In this document: in pieces, positions 49,417 to 61,192 of the stretch
Numbering within the stretch: position 1 is the stretch's first letter
Layout of the letters: every line of letters starts with the position of its first letter
DNA from: Leucoraja ocellata
Taxonomy: Eukaryota
Reading direction: 5' to 3'
DNA length: 64,000 bases
Assembly (NCBI GenBank): GCA_036785375.1
Contig: JAWMAR010000023.1
Span: 12,648,001 to 12,712,000, forward strand
The notes under the pieces: model-generated
Told to the model about the DNA's origin: nothing
What the model saw: only the letters and a program-made list of their open reading frames with translations
The model's database searches: none
Program-made: the position numbers and the translations under genes

Positions 49417-50060
49417 CTGAAGAAGGGTCTCGACATGAAACGTCACCTATCCATGTTCTCCACAGATGCTGCCTGACCCGCTGAGTTACTCCAGCACTCT
49501 GTGAAACGTCACCTATCCATGTTCTCCACAGATGCTGCCTGACCCGCTGAGTTACTCCAGCACTCTGTGAAACGTTACCTATCCATGTTCTCCACAGATG
49601 CTGCCTGACCCACTCAGTTATGGTGCAGCAGCATCTATGGAGCTAAGGAAATAGGCAACGTTTCGGGCCAAAATCCTTCTGGAAATAGGCAACGTTTTGG
49701 GCCGAAACCCTTAAGGGTTTCGGCCCGAAATGTTGCCTATTTCCTTAGCTCCATAGATGCTGCCTGACCCGCTGAGTTACTCCAGCACTCTGTGAAACGT
49801 CACCTATCCATGTTCTCCACAGATGCTGCCTGACCAGCTGAGTTACTCCAGCACTCTGTGAAACGTCACCTATCCATGTTCTCCACAGATGCTGCCTGAC
49901 CCGCTGAGTTACTCCAGCACTCTGTGAAACGTCACCTATCCATGTTCTCCACAGATGCTGCCTGACCCGCTGAGTTACTCCAGCACTCTGTGAAATGTCA
50001 CCTATCCATGTTCTCCACAGATGCTGCCTGACCCGCTGAGTTACTCCGGCACCCTGTGTC
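49417..50060 (+). repeat. Longest composite: hammerhead motif + ~3 units + fold-back cassette (~49628-49762) + ~4.5 units of the 66-bp repeat
   Basis: Begins 'ctgaagaagggtctcgacatgaaacgtc' and runs directly into the array. Confidence 0.93.
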
Positions 50061-50364
50061 TATCTGCAGTTCCTTGTTCCTACAATGCAAGAGGCACTCC
50101 CAAGTTCCAGGGGAGGCTGGTGAATGGATGGCTGTTGGAGCAGTGGGTGCGGAGAGGTGATGGGGAGACAGTTCACCGCAGTTATGTAATGCTGGGTACA
50201 AACACTTTGGGAGTTTTACCGTCCGACTGACTGCTATCCAATGTCAGATCATTTAGAGTAGTATTTATGTGAACTCGATGACCTTGTTCCAGAATCCTGG
50301 CACAGACACATATTTCAGAAATGCTTTCTACAGAATAAACCCCCTTCGACAACAAGTATATGAC

Positions 50365-50492
50365 GTGTAGGAAGGAACTGTAGATGCTGGTTTACACCGT
50401 AGATAAACACAAAACGCTGGAGTAACTCAGCGGGACAGGCAGCATCTATGGAGCGAAGGAAATAGGCGACGTTTCGGGCCGAAATCCTTCTC
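50365..50492 (-). mobile_element. Solo Penelope terminal fragment
   Basis: 'aggaactgtagatgctgg...gacgtttcgggccgaaatccttc'. Confidence 0.75.
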
Positions 50493-50877
50493 AAACATGT
50501 TGGTCAGCATGTGCAACAGCTACAGATACAGAAGAGATACAGCTCTTCGCCCCACAGAATCCACTCCAACCAGTGATCACCCCAACATTAATACTATCCT
50601 ACACACTAGGACCAATGTACAGAGGCCAATCCACCCACAAACCTGCACGTCTTTGGAGNNNNNNNNNNNNNNNNNNNNNNNNNNNNNNNNNNNNNNNNNN
50701 NNNNNNNNNNNNNNNNNNNNNNNNNNNNNNNNNNNNNNNNNNNNNNNNNNNNNNNNNNNNNNNNNNNNNNNNNNNNNNNNNNNNNNNNNNNNNNNNNNNN
50801 NNNNNNNNNNNNNNNNNNNNNNNNNNNNNNNNNNNNNNNNNNNNNNNNNNNNNNNNNNNNNNNNNNNNNNNNNNNNN

Positions 50878-51992
50878 GTGTCTCTGTGACTGTGTCTCTG
50901 TGTCTCTGTGTCTCTGTGTCTCTGTGACTGTGTATCTGTNNNNNNNNNNNNNNNNNNNNNNNNNNNNNNNNNNNNNNNNNNNNNNNNNNNNNNNNNNNNN
51001 NNNNNNNNNNNNNNNNNNNNNNNNNNNNNNNNNNNNNNNNNNNNNNNNNNNNNNNNNNNNNNNNNNNNNNNNNNNNNNNNNNNNNGTTACTGTGTCTCTG
51101 TGTCTCTGTGTCTCTGTGACTGTGTGTCTCTGTGTCTCTGTGTCTCTGTGTCTCTGTGTCTCTGTGACTGTGTGTCCCTGTGTCTCTGTGTATCTCTGTG
51201 TCTCTGTGTCTCTGTGTCTCTGTGTCTCTGTGTCTCTGTGACTGTGTCTCTGTGTCTCTGTGTCTCTGTGTCTCTGTGTCTCTGTGACTGTGTCTCTGTG
51301 TCTCTGTGACTGTGTCTCTGTGTCTCTGTGTCTCTGTGTCTCTGTGACTGTGTATCTGTNNNNNNNNNNNNNNNNNNNNNNNNNNNNNNNNNNNNNNNNN
51401 NNNNNNNNNNNNNNNNNNNNNNNNNNNNNNNNNNNNNNNNNNNNNNNNNNNNNNNNNNNNNNNNNNNNNNNNNNNNNNNNNNNNNNNNNNNNNNNNNNNN
51501 NNNNNNNNNNNNNNNNNNNNNNNNNNNNNNNNNNNNNNNNNNNNNNNNNNNNNNNNNNNNNNNNNNNNNNNNNNNNNNNNNNNNNNNNNNNNNNNNNNNN
51601 NNNNNNNNNNNNNNNNNNNNNNNNNNNNNNNNNNNNNNNNNNNNNNNNNNNNNNNNNNNNNNNNNNNNNNNNNNNNNNNNNNNNNNNNNNNNNNNNNNNN
51701 NNNNNNNNNNNNNNNNNNNNNNNNNNNNNNNNNNNNNNNNNNNNNNNNNNNNNNNNNNNNNNNNNNNNNGTGACTGTGTCTCTGTGTCTCTGTGTCTCTG
51801 TGTCTCTGTGTCTCTGTGTCTCTGTGACTCTGTGTCTCTGTGTCTCTGTGTCTCTGTGACTGTGTCTCTGTGACTGTGTCTCTGTGTCTCTGTGACTCTG
51901 TGACTGTGTCTCCGTGACTGTGTCTCTGTGACTCTGTGTCTCTGTGACTCTGTGTCTCTGTGTCTCTGTGTCTCTGTGTCTCTGTGTCTCTG
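50878..51992. repeat. (ctctgtgt)n 8-bp satellite interrupted by assembly gaps
   Basis: Direct inspection; N runs at 50659-50877, 50940-51085 and 51360-51769. Confidence 0.95.
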
Positions 51993-52865
51993 TTCTGTGG
52001 TAATAAAGCACTAACAGCAGTCGCTTGCCCTGTCCAATGCCCTGAGTGCAGGGCGAGCTATGCCCTCTCCCTGGTGCCCTCCTCTACACATTGCCCCAGG
52101 AAGTTCCCAGCGCACGTTGTCCATTAGTAGTGAAATGTTTTTTTGAGCAGTGGTCAGGTTGCAGTGTGCAGTAAACTCCCACTCACTGGAATCAAATATC
52201 GGTGGATGAACTGTAGCTGTGTGTTGGCTGTGGGAACTAAAGAGGAGGCTTCCTTTGCTTCAACTGTGGCATCTGTTACCTTCACCCACCCGCCCTGCAC
52301 CAACATTACACGTCAGGTGAGTGATTGCAAGCCATGGCTGGCCTTTCAGAGCGGGGCAGTGGACATGCTTCAGCCCTGAGATGGGGGAAAGGAGGGGGGA
52401 AGGAGGAGAGGAGATGTGAGGCGAGGGTGGGGAGAACTTACCGTGAGTCTTGCTGCAAACTTGGCATTAAATGCAACCTCCACAGGACACATTCCTGGTT
52501 TAATATCGTGTTACCACAAGTGCTTGAGAAGCTGAACCCAATAAAAACATGCATTTTGAAACTGTTGCTAAAAATACCGGGCCCACTTTGAGATGGGGAG
52601 GTGCTGGGTTTGCTCAGGTGAGGAGAGGCAATTGACCTTTTGTTACATATTGAAAATATTGACACTTAACTTTGAAAAATATATACTTTGGCATTGGACA
52701 GTGAAGGAGTTAAGACGTGATTGTATATTTCATCATTGGCCAGTCAGTGTTCTGCTGAGTTATTAACAGAATAATGGCCAAGGGAGTTCTCACACTACCA
52801 CTAATGATTCCATCCGAACATCAGCTAATCACCAAGGAGGAACCAAGGAGAATATTATCAAGGAA

Positions 52866-53158
52866 AGACGCAGAGTGCTGGAGTAACTCAGCGGGTCAGG
52901 CAGCATCTGTGGAGAACATGGATAGGTGACGTTTCACAGAGTGCTGGAGTAACTCAGCGGATCAGGCAGCATCTGTGGAGAACATGGATAGGTGACGTTT
53001 CACAGAGTGCTGGAGTAACTCAGCGGGGTCAGGCAGCATCTGTGGTGAACATGGATAAGGTGACGTTTCACAGAGGTGCTGGAGTAACTCAACGGGTCAG
53101 GCAGCATCTGTGGAGAACATGGATAGGTGACGTTTCAGTTTGGGACGTTGCTTCAGAC
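52866..53158 (-). repeat. 66-bp array (~4 units) with degenerate hammerhead at its start
   Basis: Reverse-complement units; ends 'gacgtttcagtttgggacgttgcttcagac'. Confidence 0.9.
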
Positions 53159-54404
53159 CAATCAGTCGAACACAAGGAGGTAATGTTTTAATGTAACCAT
53201 TAAAGATAGTATTGGAGGACAGAAGTTTTGGACATTACTTGCTGTGCCTCAGGATAATATGTGGTGGAATTTTGAGTGTTACTGCAAGCAGCACAGGAAC
53301 CTCCATGACACCAAGTGGTCAGCCCAGAATTGGGAGACACTGGGCCTCAAGTTGGGGAAAGGATGGAGGCAATGAGTCATTGAAGTTCCTCAACGTAGAC
53401 ACAATCTGTGTGAATATTTCATCAGGAAGAGGAGCTTTAAAATTCGAGCCTGACTTTTAGACATAAAATAACGGGATAGCATTGCGATGGGATTAGCAAC
53501 TAGTGTAGAATTCTGGATTAGTACGGGGGTCAAAGGTCATGGGGAGAAGGCAGGAGAATGGCGGAGTAGACTCGAATGGCCGAATGGACAAATTCTGCTC
53601 CTATCACTTATGAAGGGATTTCCTCCCAACCTGCTGTCAGTTCCACTGCATGCAACAGACTTTATTTCTAGGCAATGTTTTGTGTCGGGAATCTACTTCT
53701 TAATAATGCCCTGAGCCTAAACGTTACCTATCTATTCCCTCCACAGATGCTGCCTGACCCATTGAGTTCTTCCAGCACTCTGTATTGGCTCTAGATTCCT
53801 GCTCTACAGTTCCATGTGTCTCCTTGCTTTGTGAACTACTGCACTTGTTGGCTTGCCTCTCACCAGGAGCACAGTTTGAAAATTCCTCACACAAATTTCT
53901 GACTGTTTAAGACAATGGTTGGAAAATCACGCACAGGAATTTCTGACATCTGGGCTCAGCAGGTGAGATTCCCACTGGGGGTTGGAAGGAATAAATAACC
54001 AATGTGCTGAATGCTACTCGAGAGGAGAGCATGACGTGCCTTCATAAATGAGTTTAGCCGACATGCCATGAACATTGCCGGAGTTAGTAAGTTGGGTGCT
54101 AATTTGAGCAGAACTGGGGAATATTATCAGGCTCCTGCCTTGGGGCAAAGGTTCAGATCCATGCTGGGCCGGGCCGGGCTGGGAGTCTCCTACGAATGAA
54201 CTTTGTAAAGGTGCTACAAGGTCCATGGGATCTTGGCAGCTTCGAGAGCTTGATACAGTTGCCATGGAAGAGGAGAACCATTCACTGGTGCAGAGGGTAC
54301 AAGAGTTATTCAGGCAGTAACTCCGACATCCATACAGCCCTTTGGCCCATCATGTCCATGCCCACCACCGCGCTCATCTGGACAACTCACACGTATCAGA
54401 GACT

Positions 54405-54855
54405 CAGAGTCACAAAGTGATACCGTGTGGAATCAGGCCCTTCGGCCCAACTTGCTCATGCCGGCCCACAAGTCCCAGCTACACTAGTCCCACCTGCCTG
54501 TGTTTGGCCCGCATCCCTCCAAGCCTGTCATATCCATGTATCTATCTAATGTTTCCTAAACATTGGGATAATCACTGCCTCAACGACCTCCTCCGGCAGC
54601 TCCTTCCATACACCCACCACCTTTTATGTAAACAAAATACTCCTCAGGTTCCTAATAAATCTTTCCCCCTCTCCTTAAACCTCTGGTTCTTGATTCTGCT
54701 ATTCTGCGCAAGAGACTGCATTTATCTGATCTATTCCTCTCATGGTTTTGTACACCTCTATAAGATCGCCCCCTCAGACCCAGCCCGCCCCAACCTCACC
54801 CTATAGCTCAGGCCCTCGAGTCCTGGCAACATCCTTGTGGATCTTCCCTGCACCC
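54405..54855 (-). mobile_element. CR1-like LINE 3' end (second subfamily)
   Basis: Reverse complement matches the 30.0 kb and 46.7 kb copies. Confidence 0.85.
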
Positions 54856-54929
54856 TAAAGAGTGAGCATGTGGGAGAGCAATGAGATTATTTACTAGCTG
54901 CTCTGGGCTGCAGACATCTACTCCTCCCT

Positions 54930-55078
54930 CTGAAGAAAGGTCTCGACCCAACACGTCACCTATTCCTTCTCTCCAGAGATGCTGCCTGACCCGCTGAGTT
55001 ACTCCAGCACTCTGTGAAACGTCACCTATCCACGTTCTCCACAGATGCTGCCTGACCCGCTGAGTTACTCCAGCACTC
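54930..55078 (+). repeat. Degenerate hammerhead + 66-bp array (2 units)
   Basis: 'ctgaagaaaggtctcgacccaacacgtc' followed by units. Confidence 0.85.
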
Positions 55079-55247
55079 ACTCTGTGTCACACATCTACTC
55101 CAGTTGCACCTGGGGTTGTGGCACATGTTGCCTGGTTACTGCATGGGAACAGGCTCTTTGGTCCATCAAGTCCACAATGACCATCAGCCACCCATTCCTA
55201 CAATTCTAATACTAATCTAACCCAACTTTATTCTTCCCATGGTGACA

Positions 55248-55750
55248 TAAGGAACTGAAGATGTTGGAATCGAGAGTTAAACATGCAGTGCTGGAGTAAC
55301 TCAGCGAGTCAGACAGCATCAGTGAAGGGAATGGATGGGCGATGTTTTGAATCAAGACCCTTCTTCAGACTGGAGAAGGATCCCGGCCTGAAACGTCACC
55401 TATCCATGTTCTCCACAGATGCTGCCTGACCCGCTGAGTTACTCCAGCACTCTGTGAAACGTCACCTATCCATGTTCTCCACAGATGCTGCCTGACCCAC
55501 TCAGTTTATGGTGCAGCAGCATCTATGGAGCTAAGGAAATAGGCAACGTTCGGGCCAAAATCCTTCTGGAAATAGTCAACGTTTTGGGCCGAAACCCTTA
55601 CGGGTTTCGGCCCGAAACGTTGCCTTATTTCCTTAGCTCCATAGATGCTGCCTGACCCGCTGGGTTACTCCAGCACTCTGTGAAACGTCACCTATCCATG
55701 TTCTCCACAGATACTGCCTGACCCGCTGAGTTACTCCAGCACTCTGTGTC
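55248..55750 (+). repeat. Head-to-head Penelope termini + 66-bp array + fold-back cassette (~55517-55651)
   Basis: Inverted arms around 'ccc-ttac-ggg'; same junctions as the 3.9 kb and 49.6 kb copies. Confidence 0.9.
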
Positions 55751-55898
55751 TTATCCTTTCACAGTTACTATTCCTGATAGAATGATAGAAGTTGTCATTT
55801 TCTCTGCAGTTGCCCAAAGGCCCAGAGATTCAACATTGGGAACTTCTATTTTGCACCTCAACTTCTGCACTGAATTATTCTGCTTTGAAAAGTCTGAG

Positions 55899-55916
55899 GC
55901 TGCCACCTGGTGGCTG
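55899..55916 (-). promoter_or_regulatory. Strong CTCF-like motif
   Basis: Reverse complement CAGCCACCAGGTGGCAGC matches the CTCF core; unique sequence context. Confidence 0.5.
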
Positions 55917-56494
55917 TAAATACAGTGCTGGGCAAAGGGACATCGACAAAATTAAACAGGGATAAACTTTCACAGGAGCTCGATGAAGACCCAGGGGCAC
56001 TGGGATCAGGACCATCACTTGCATTGGATTAAACAGAGGAGAAGGGAGAATGGACCAGGATCAGGAGGCTCAAATTCATCCAGAATTTGGGAGCATACCA
56101 GTCTGAAGAAGTCGCCATGTTTCTGGACCTGACAACGTTTCCAAAATAGTCTTATCTTCTCGCAGCAGTGAACCAGGCCTGCCCCGCACGAGCCCCCCTA
56201 ACCCGGGACCCTCTCAGTCTCAGTTGCCGATTTCCTTCGCTCCATAGATGCTGCTGCACCCGCTGAGTTTCTCCAGCACTTTTGTCTTCCTTCGATTTTC
56301 CAGCATCTGCAGTTCCTTCTTAAACAATAGGTTTACAGCTAAAGAGAACAGGCAGAAATAAAATAAAATTGTGGAAATTACCAGATTTAGATAAATTAAT
56401 CACCCAAAATAGCCAGCGTTTTATTGTCCATTCTTGGTTACGTGTGTGACCAAACGTGAAAAGTTGCAGAATACATCTCTTCTAATTCAGAAAC

Positions 56495-56593
56495 CATTAC
56501 AGGTACATTACAGGTACATTACAGGTACATTACAGGTACATTACAGGTACATTACAGGTACACTACAGGTACATTACAGGTACATTACAGGTA
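56495..56593. repeat. 11-bp minisatellite (cattacaggta), about 9 units
   Basis: Direct inspection. Confidence 0.95.
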
Positions 56594-57096
56594 TATGTTT
56601 CGTGCGGTATATGTGGTTCACCTTTATCAAGTGAAATGTTTCATGTTATGCTGACAATGTTTGTTTAGGGTCAGAGGTTAAATATGACTGGTCACGTGTG
56701 TGACCTCACACGGAAGCATGTTTTTCATAACTAGGTTTAATCGTACAGACTGTGAATTTAAAAAAGCTGCAATGTTCATATATTTAGCAGACGTGCATTA
56801 TAGTTCTGTAGGTAGGAAAATAGCAATGAATAAGATTCATCTCTTACAAGAATTTTTAATGTATTACTTTGTGTGATGCCATCTGGTCACGTGTGTGACA
56901 CTTTGGTTCACTTTCCAAAGAATGGCCGTTATAAATAACTCCCATCATGATATAAAATCCCTGTGTGGGGTCTAGTGGAGCGAGGGGTTAATGGCTCATT
57001 GGAAGCATGGGATTGGCACTGATTGCATTTGTAATATTCAGTCACCTCCAATTCACAAAACCTCAATCCGTCTCTTCTCAGCGTGCAGCATGAAAC

Positions 57097-57795
57097 TGCC
57101 CCTGCCCCCTGCCCTCCCCCTGCCCCTCCTCCTCCCTCCCCCTCCTCCTCCCTGCCCCCTCCCTGCCCCTCCCCCTCCCTGCCCCCCCCCATGCCCCTCC
57201 CCCTCCCTGCCCCCCCCCCCCCCTGCCTCCCCTCCCCCTCTCTCCCCCTCCCTCCCCCCCTGCCCCCCCCCATGCTGTCCTCTGGCCCTTCCTCAGCACA
57301 ACACAACATTAAACACATGAAAGGCCGAGCCGTGCAGTTCCACAGCTGAGTCAATACATCGTTGCACCAACAATCACCTATCCCACCGCAGGCTTTGAAA
57401 GATTTGCATTGGGCCAAGTCAAGCTGTGGTCAACGTCTAGGATTGCATTCAGTTGGTGCGACCATCGTCTGTGGCCAATGCCCGGAGGTGATCTAACAAG
57501 ACCATGGTTTGTGGTTTGTGGCCGGCACTGCTTCTGCTGCCGTGCACCAACCCCCCCCCCCTCCCCCCCCCACCCCCCACTGCCCTGTCCCCCCACCCCT
57601 CCACCCCCCCCCCCCCCCACCCCTCCACCCCCCCCCCCCCACCCCTCCACCCCCCCCTCCCCACTGCCCTCCACCCCCCCCCCCACTGCCCTCCACCCCC
57701 CCCCACCCCTCCACCCCCCCCACCCCACTACCCTGTACCCCCCCCACTGCCCTGTACCCCCCCACCCCACCCCCCCCACTACCCTATAACCCCCC
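57097..57795. repeat. Two C-rich low-complexity tracts (57097-57271, 57550-57795)
   Basis: Poly-C runs; the minus strand is G-quadruplex-capable. Confidence 0.9.
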
Positions 57796-58382
57796 AGCTC
57801 AGCTCTCTCTGATCCAGGGCTGCTGAGGTTGTCAGCTACACCTGATGATAACCTTCTACTGATCAGGTGACCATTGATAAGCAGGGCCGAGATCTGATAA
57901 CAGGAAGGGAATCTTTAGACCAACAGAACTGACTTTCCATTTTAACATTGGCTGGGCTGAAAGCAGAATGGTCCCGATACGAGTGGTGCTGTGATCTGAC
58001 CTCTCCAGCGTTACTGACATTCAGCTTTGACCATTCCTCTCATTTTAAGATATTAGATCTTATTTAAAAATAAACCTTTGTGTTAGCTTTAGGTGGACAA
58101 GTCTGAGATGAAATATTTTAGACTGGATGGAACCAAGGAGAGGATGTGGTTTGAAGGTGATTTTTAATTTAGTAAAGCACTGGCAATGCAGTAATATACT
58201 GATTACTGACAACATTTTACTGAAATAGAAATGTTGGCTTTTGAAGTCCAAAAAAGGAAATGAAAGATTGAAAAAGCGTTGTGGGGGTATTTGTGACTCT
58301 GCACTGTGATGTCAAACCTGTGATAGTGAGTTGCCAGCAATTTAATAACTTGTCTGACTTTGATTTCTATTAAAATCAATAG

Positions 58383-58721
58383 AGGGACGAGGCAAGTTTG
58401 CAAGTTGCTCCCACACTCATCGCCAACCAGTCTACAGAGAGAGATAGAAATGACCCCACAACCAATGGGACTCAAAGAGTTAATCCCCGATGGAAGCTTT
58501 TCAAAGGGTCTCCCTTCAGCGGTCTGGTTTATCTCTCCCCTTCCACATCCGGCACACTCTATAATACAAATTATTCGTTCAACCAAACCAAAACAAAATG
58601 CAAATCACTTATTAATGGTGAAACTCAATGTCCTGGCACTAAGTTATTCACCCCAATGGGACATTCTGGTGGTCAAAGGTTTACTAATGTTGGCAGCACT
58701 TTCCTTGACAATTTGATGTGG
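58383..58721 (+). CDS. Candidate orphan exon, 113 codons (RDEASLQVAPTLIANQST...FLDNLMW); alternatively a non-coding conserved element
   Basis: Donor 'TGG|gtgagt', weak acceptor 'aatcaatag', 339 nt phase 0-0 open frame. No homology recognised. Confidence 0.2.
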
Positions 58722-59299
58722 GTGAGTTATTCTGTAGCGGAGTGTCACATGGAGGAGAGGAGACATTATCTGATGTTGAGCATTGTGTCACTGACAGAGA
58801 GGGACTCAGCGAGTAGATGTGGGGTTTGTGCATGTGTGGAGGTGTCTGCAAACGTGCCGGTGCCCCAGAGAGTAACGCTGCAACACCCAGCAACATCTAA
58901 ATCAATACCTCACTCCCAACCTCATGCTCAGCATTAACACAGAGTGCTGGAGTAACTCAGCGGGTCAGGCAGCATCTCTGGAGAGAAGGACTGGGTGATC
59001 TACTGGCATTTGTTCAAGATGACCGTATCCTGATGGTAAACAAAGAAATTGTGCATTAGGATTCAAAATCAACACTTTGGGTGGAGAACCTCCTTCAGTC
59101 AGGTGGAGGGGAGAAAGGAAGTGTAAGGTGTGAAAATGAGACATCCAATGGGTCTAGAAGGCCGAGATGGCCTGTTTCCGTGCTGTAATTGTTATATGGT
59201 TATATGGAGATCACCCTCTCCATGCTGAGCATGGCTTCATGCCCCAGTCTACCAGCTTGTAAAGCCACCTTAAATAATGTACAAATCAAAATAATGTAC

Positions 59300-59580
59300 C
59301 AGAGGTAGGAAACATGTTCCCCATGTTGGGGGAGTTCAGAACCAGGGGCCACAGTTTAAGAATAAAGGGAAGGCCATCTATAATAGAGATGAGGAAAAAT
59401 GTTTTCACCCAGAGAGTTGTGAATCTGTGGAATTCTCTGCCTCAGAGGGCGGTGGAGGCCGGTTCTCTGGATGCATTCAAGAGAGAGTTAGATAGGGCTC
59501 TTAAAGATAGCGGAGCCAGGGGATATGGGGAGAAGGCAGGAGCGGGGTACTTAATGTGGATGATCAGCCATGATCACAGT
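59300..59580 (+). mobile_element. CR1/HER1-like LINE 3' end
   Basis: MFPMLGEFRTRGHSLRIKGRP...FTQRVVNLWNSLPQRAVEAGSLDAFKRELD. Confidence 0.9.
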
Positions 59581-60565
59581 CAATGGCTATTCTTGAGGAT
59601 ATCCTCTCATCCTTCTAAATTCCAGTGTATACAAGCCCAGTTGTTCCATTCTTTGGGATAAAGCAATGACCCTTAAGGACAAGTTGACCGCACCTGGCCA
59701 TCCTGTGGCCAAAACCCATCTCCTGTCAGGGTCAGTCAATGATCACAATCTCATCCATTTGTTCGACTTGTTGGGACTATTTGCGCAGGGACGGGTGCCA
59801 AGGGATATGAGGAGAAGGCAGGAAAATGGGATTAGGAGGCAGAGATCAGCCGTGAATGAATGGCGGAGTGGACTCGATGGGCTGAATGGCCTAATTCTAC
59901 TCCTATAACTTGTGATACCACAGTGGATATCTGAAGATAAAATGGACATAATGCAGAGCATGTTCAGCCCTTCTTGAAGTGGTGAAGAAGGGGGTCAGTT
60001 ATTTCAGGATAGCTGGTTAGAGTTGAGTAATGAGGGCTGGGGCAGTGAGTGACAAGAGATGTCTGTGGCTTGATGCGATTATTCTGGTTAAAAACCTAAG
60101 ACTCAGAAAGAGAGAAAATCCATGAGCATTAAACCATTCAGCCACATATTGTGCACCATAAAACTCAGGGCCAATAATAAAATATAATGACTTGGAAGAT
60201 ATTTGAAGACATCGTAACCTCTTGCAAACCTTCACGAGGGAAAAACATGCCAAACAATAATGCAACTGACATTTTTTAATAAAGTCGAGATAAAAAGATT
60301 TTCGTTCCTGCTCTGGTAGTCGGGAGTATTTGTGTTTCTTACAGATGAAACAAAACTCCTGAAGTGTCACAGAGAAAACAATTGAACTGTTTGGAGACAA
60401 ACTGCCCAACAGCAACTCTGGGCTTTGGATTACAGTGGACTCTGCAGCTAGTACAGAGGGGATTACAGAGAAAGAATGGCCAGCAGAACTCCTGCTCCCT
60501 GGTACACACACTCACAAGTGGTACACACACCCACAACTGGTGAAGGTTCACCATGGTCCCTACAG

Positions 60566-60975
60566 TGAATGGAGTCGAGGGGGGAGGTAAAGCGACAAGT
60601 GTAGCAACTCTTGTGGTTGCAAGGGAAAGAGATGCAACACTTGTCCCTTCACCTCCCCCCTCGACTCCGTTCAAGGACCCAAGCAGTTGTTCCAGGTGAG
60701 GCAGAGGTTCACCTGCACCTCCTCCAACCTCATCTATTGCATCCGCTGCTCTAGATGTCAGCTGATCTACATCGGTGAGACCAAGCGTAGGCTTGGCGAT
60801 CGTTTCGCCGAACACCTCCGCTCGGTCCGCATTAGCCAACCTGATCTCCCGGTGGCTCAGCACTTCAACTCCCCCTCCCATTCCGTCTCCGACCTCTCTG
60901 TCCTGGGTCTCCTCCATGGCCAGAGTGAGCAGCACCGGAAATTGGAGGAACAGCACCTCATATTCCGTCTGGGCA
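60566..60975 (+). mobile_element. Penelope-like GIY-YIG fragment with a 5' inverted segment (60566-60629)
   Basis: CNTCPFTSPLDSVQGPKQLFQVRQRFTCTSSNLIYCIRCSRCQLIYIGETKRRLGDRFAEHLRSV...EEQHLIFRLG, uninterrupted. Confidence 0.92.
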
Positions 60976-60976
60976 C

Positions 60977-60993
60977 GGCGCCATCTAGTTGGC
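60977..60993 (-). promoter_or_regulatory. CTCF-like motif
   Basis: Reverse complement GCCAACTAGATGGCGCC. Confidence 0.4.
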
Positions 60994-61192
60994 AATCTCC
61001 GCAGTACAAATAGAAATTAAGGAAACGGTCTTTGAAAAGGCACGAAAATCTGCCATTCTCCAATTCACTGTCACTACAAAATCAAGACAGGAACCTTCTG
61101 AAAATAATAGACCAACTATGCACTTAAAACTAGTCTTTAAAATAACCTATCATAATCCTCAATAAATATTAAAGATGCTTTCTTGTTTTAGT

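Noticed and set aside
49437-50050. 66-bp arrays as a CRISPR array
   Set aside because: Units are head-to-tail with no unique spacers, there are no cas genes, the context is vertebrate, and the sequence derives from Penelope termini.
56929-57826. Pro-rich or Gly-rich ORFs (formin/extensin-like)
   Set aside because: Open in nearly all frames because of poly-C low complexity; no flanking domain.
60345-60501. Exon with in-frame TGA (selenocysteine/readthrough): MKQNS*SVTEKTIELFGDKLPNSNSGLWITV
   Set aside because: Good acceptor, but all three frames hit stops, the donor is weak, and no SECIS or selenoprotein motif was recognised.
60687-61013. GIY-YIG ORF as a host or domesticated nuclease gene
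   Set aside because: Nearly the same sequence occurs in other truncated copies at 25.8 and 44.6 kb; it is a Penelope fragment without RT.
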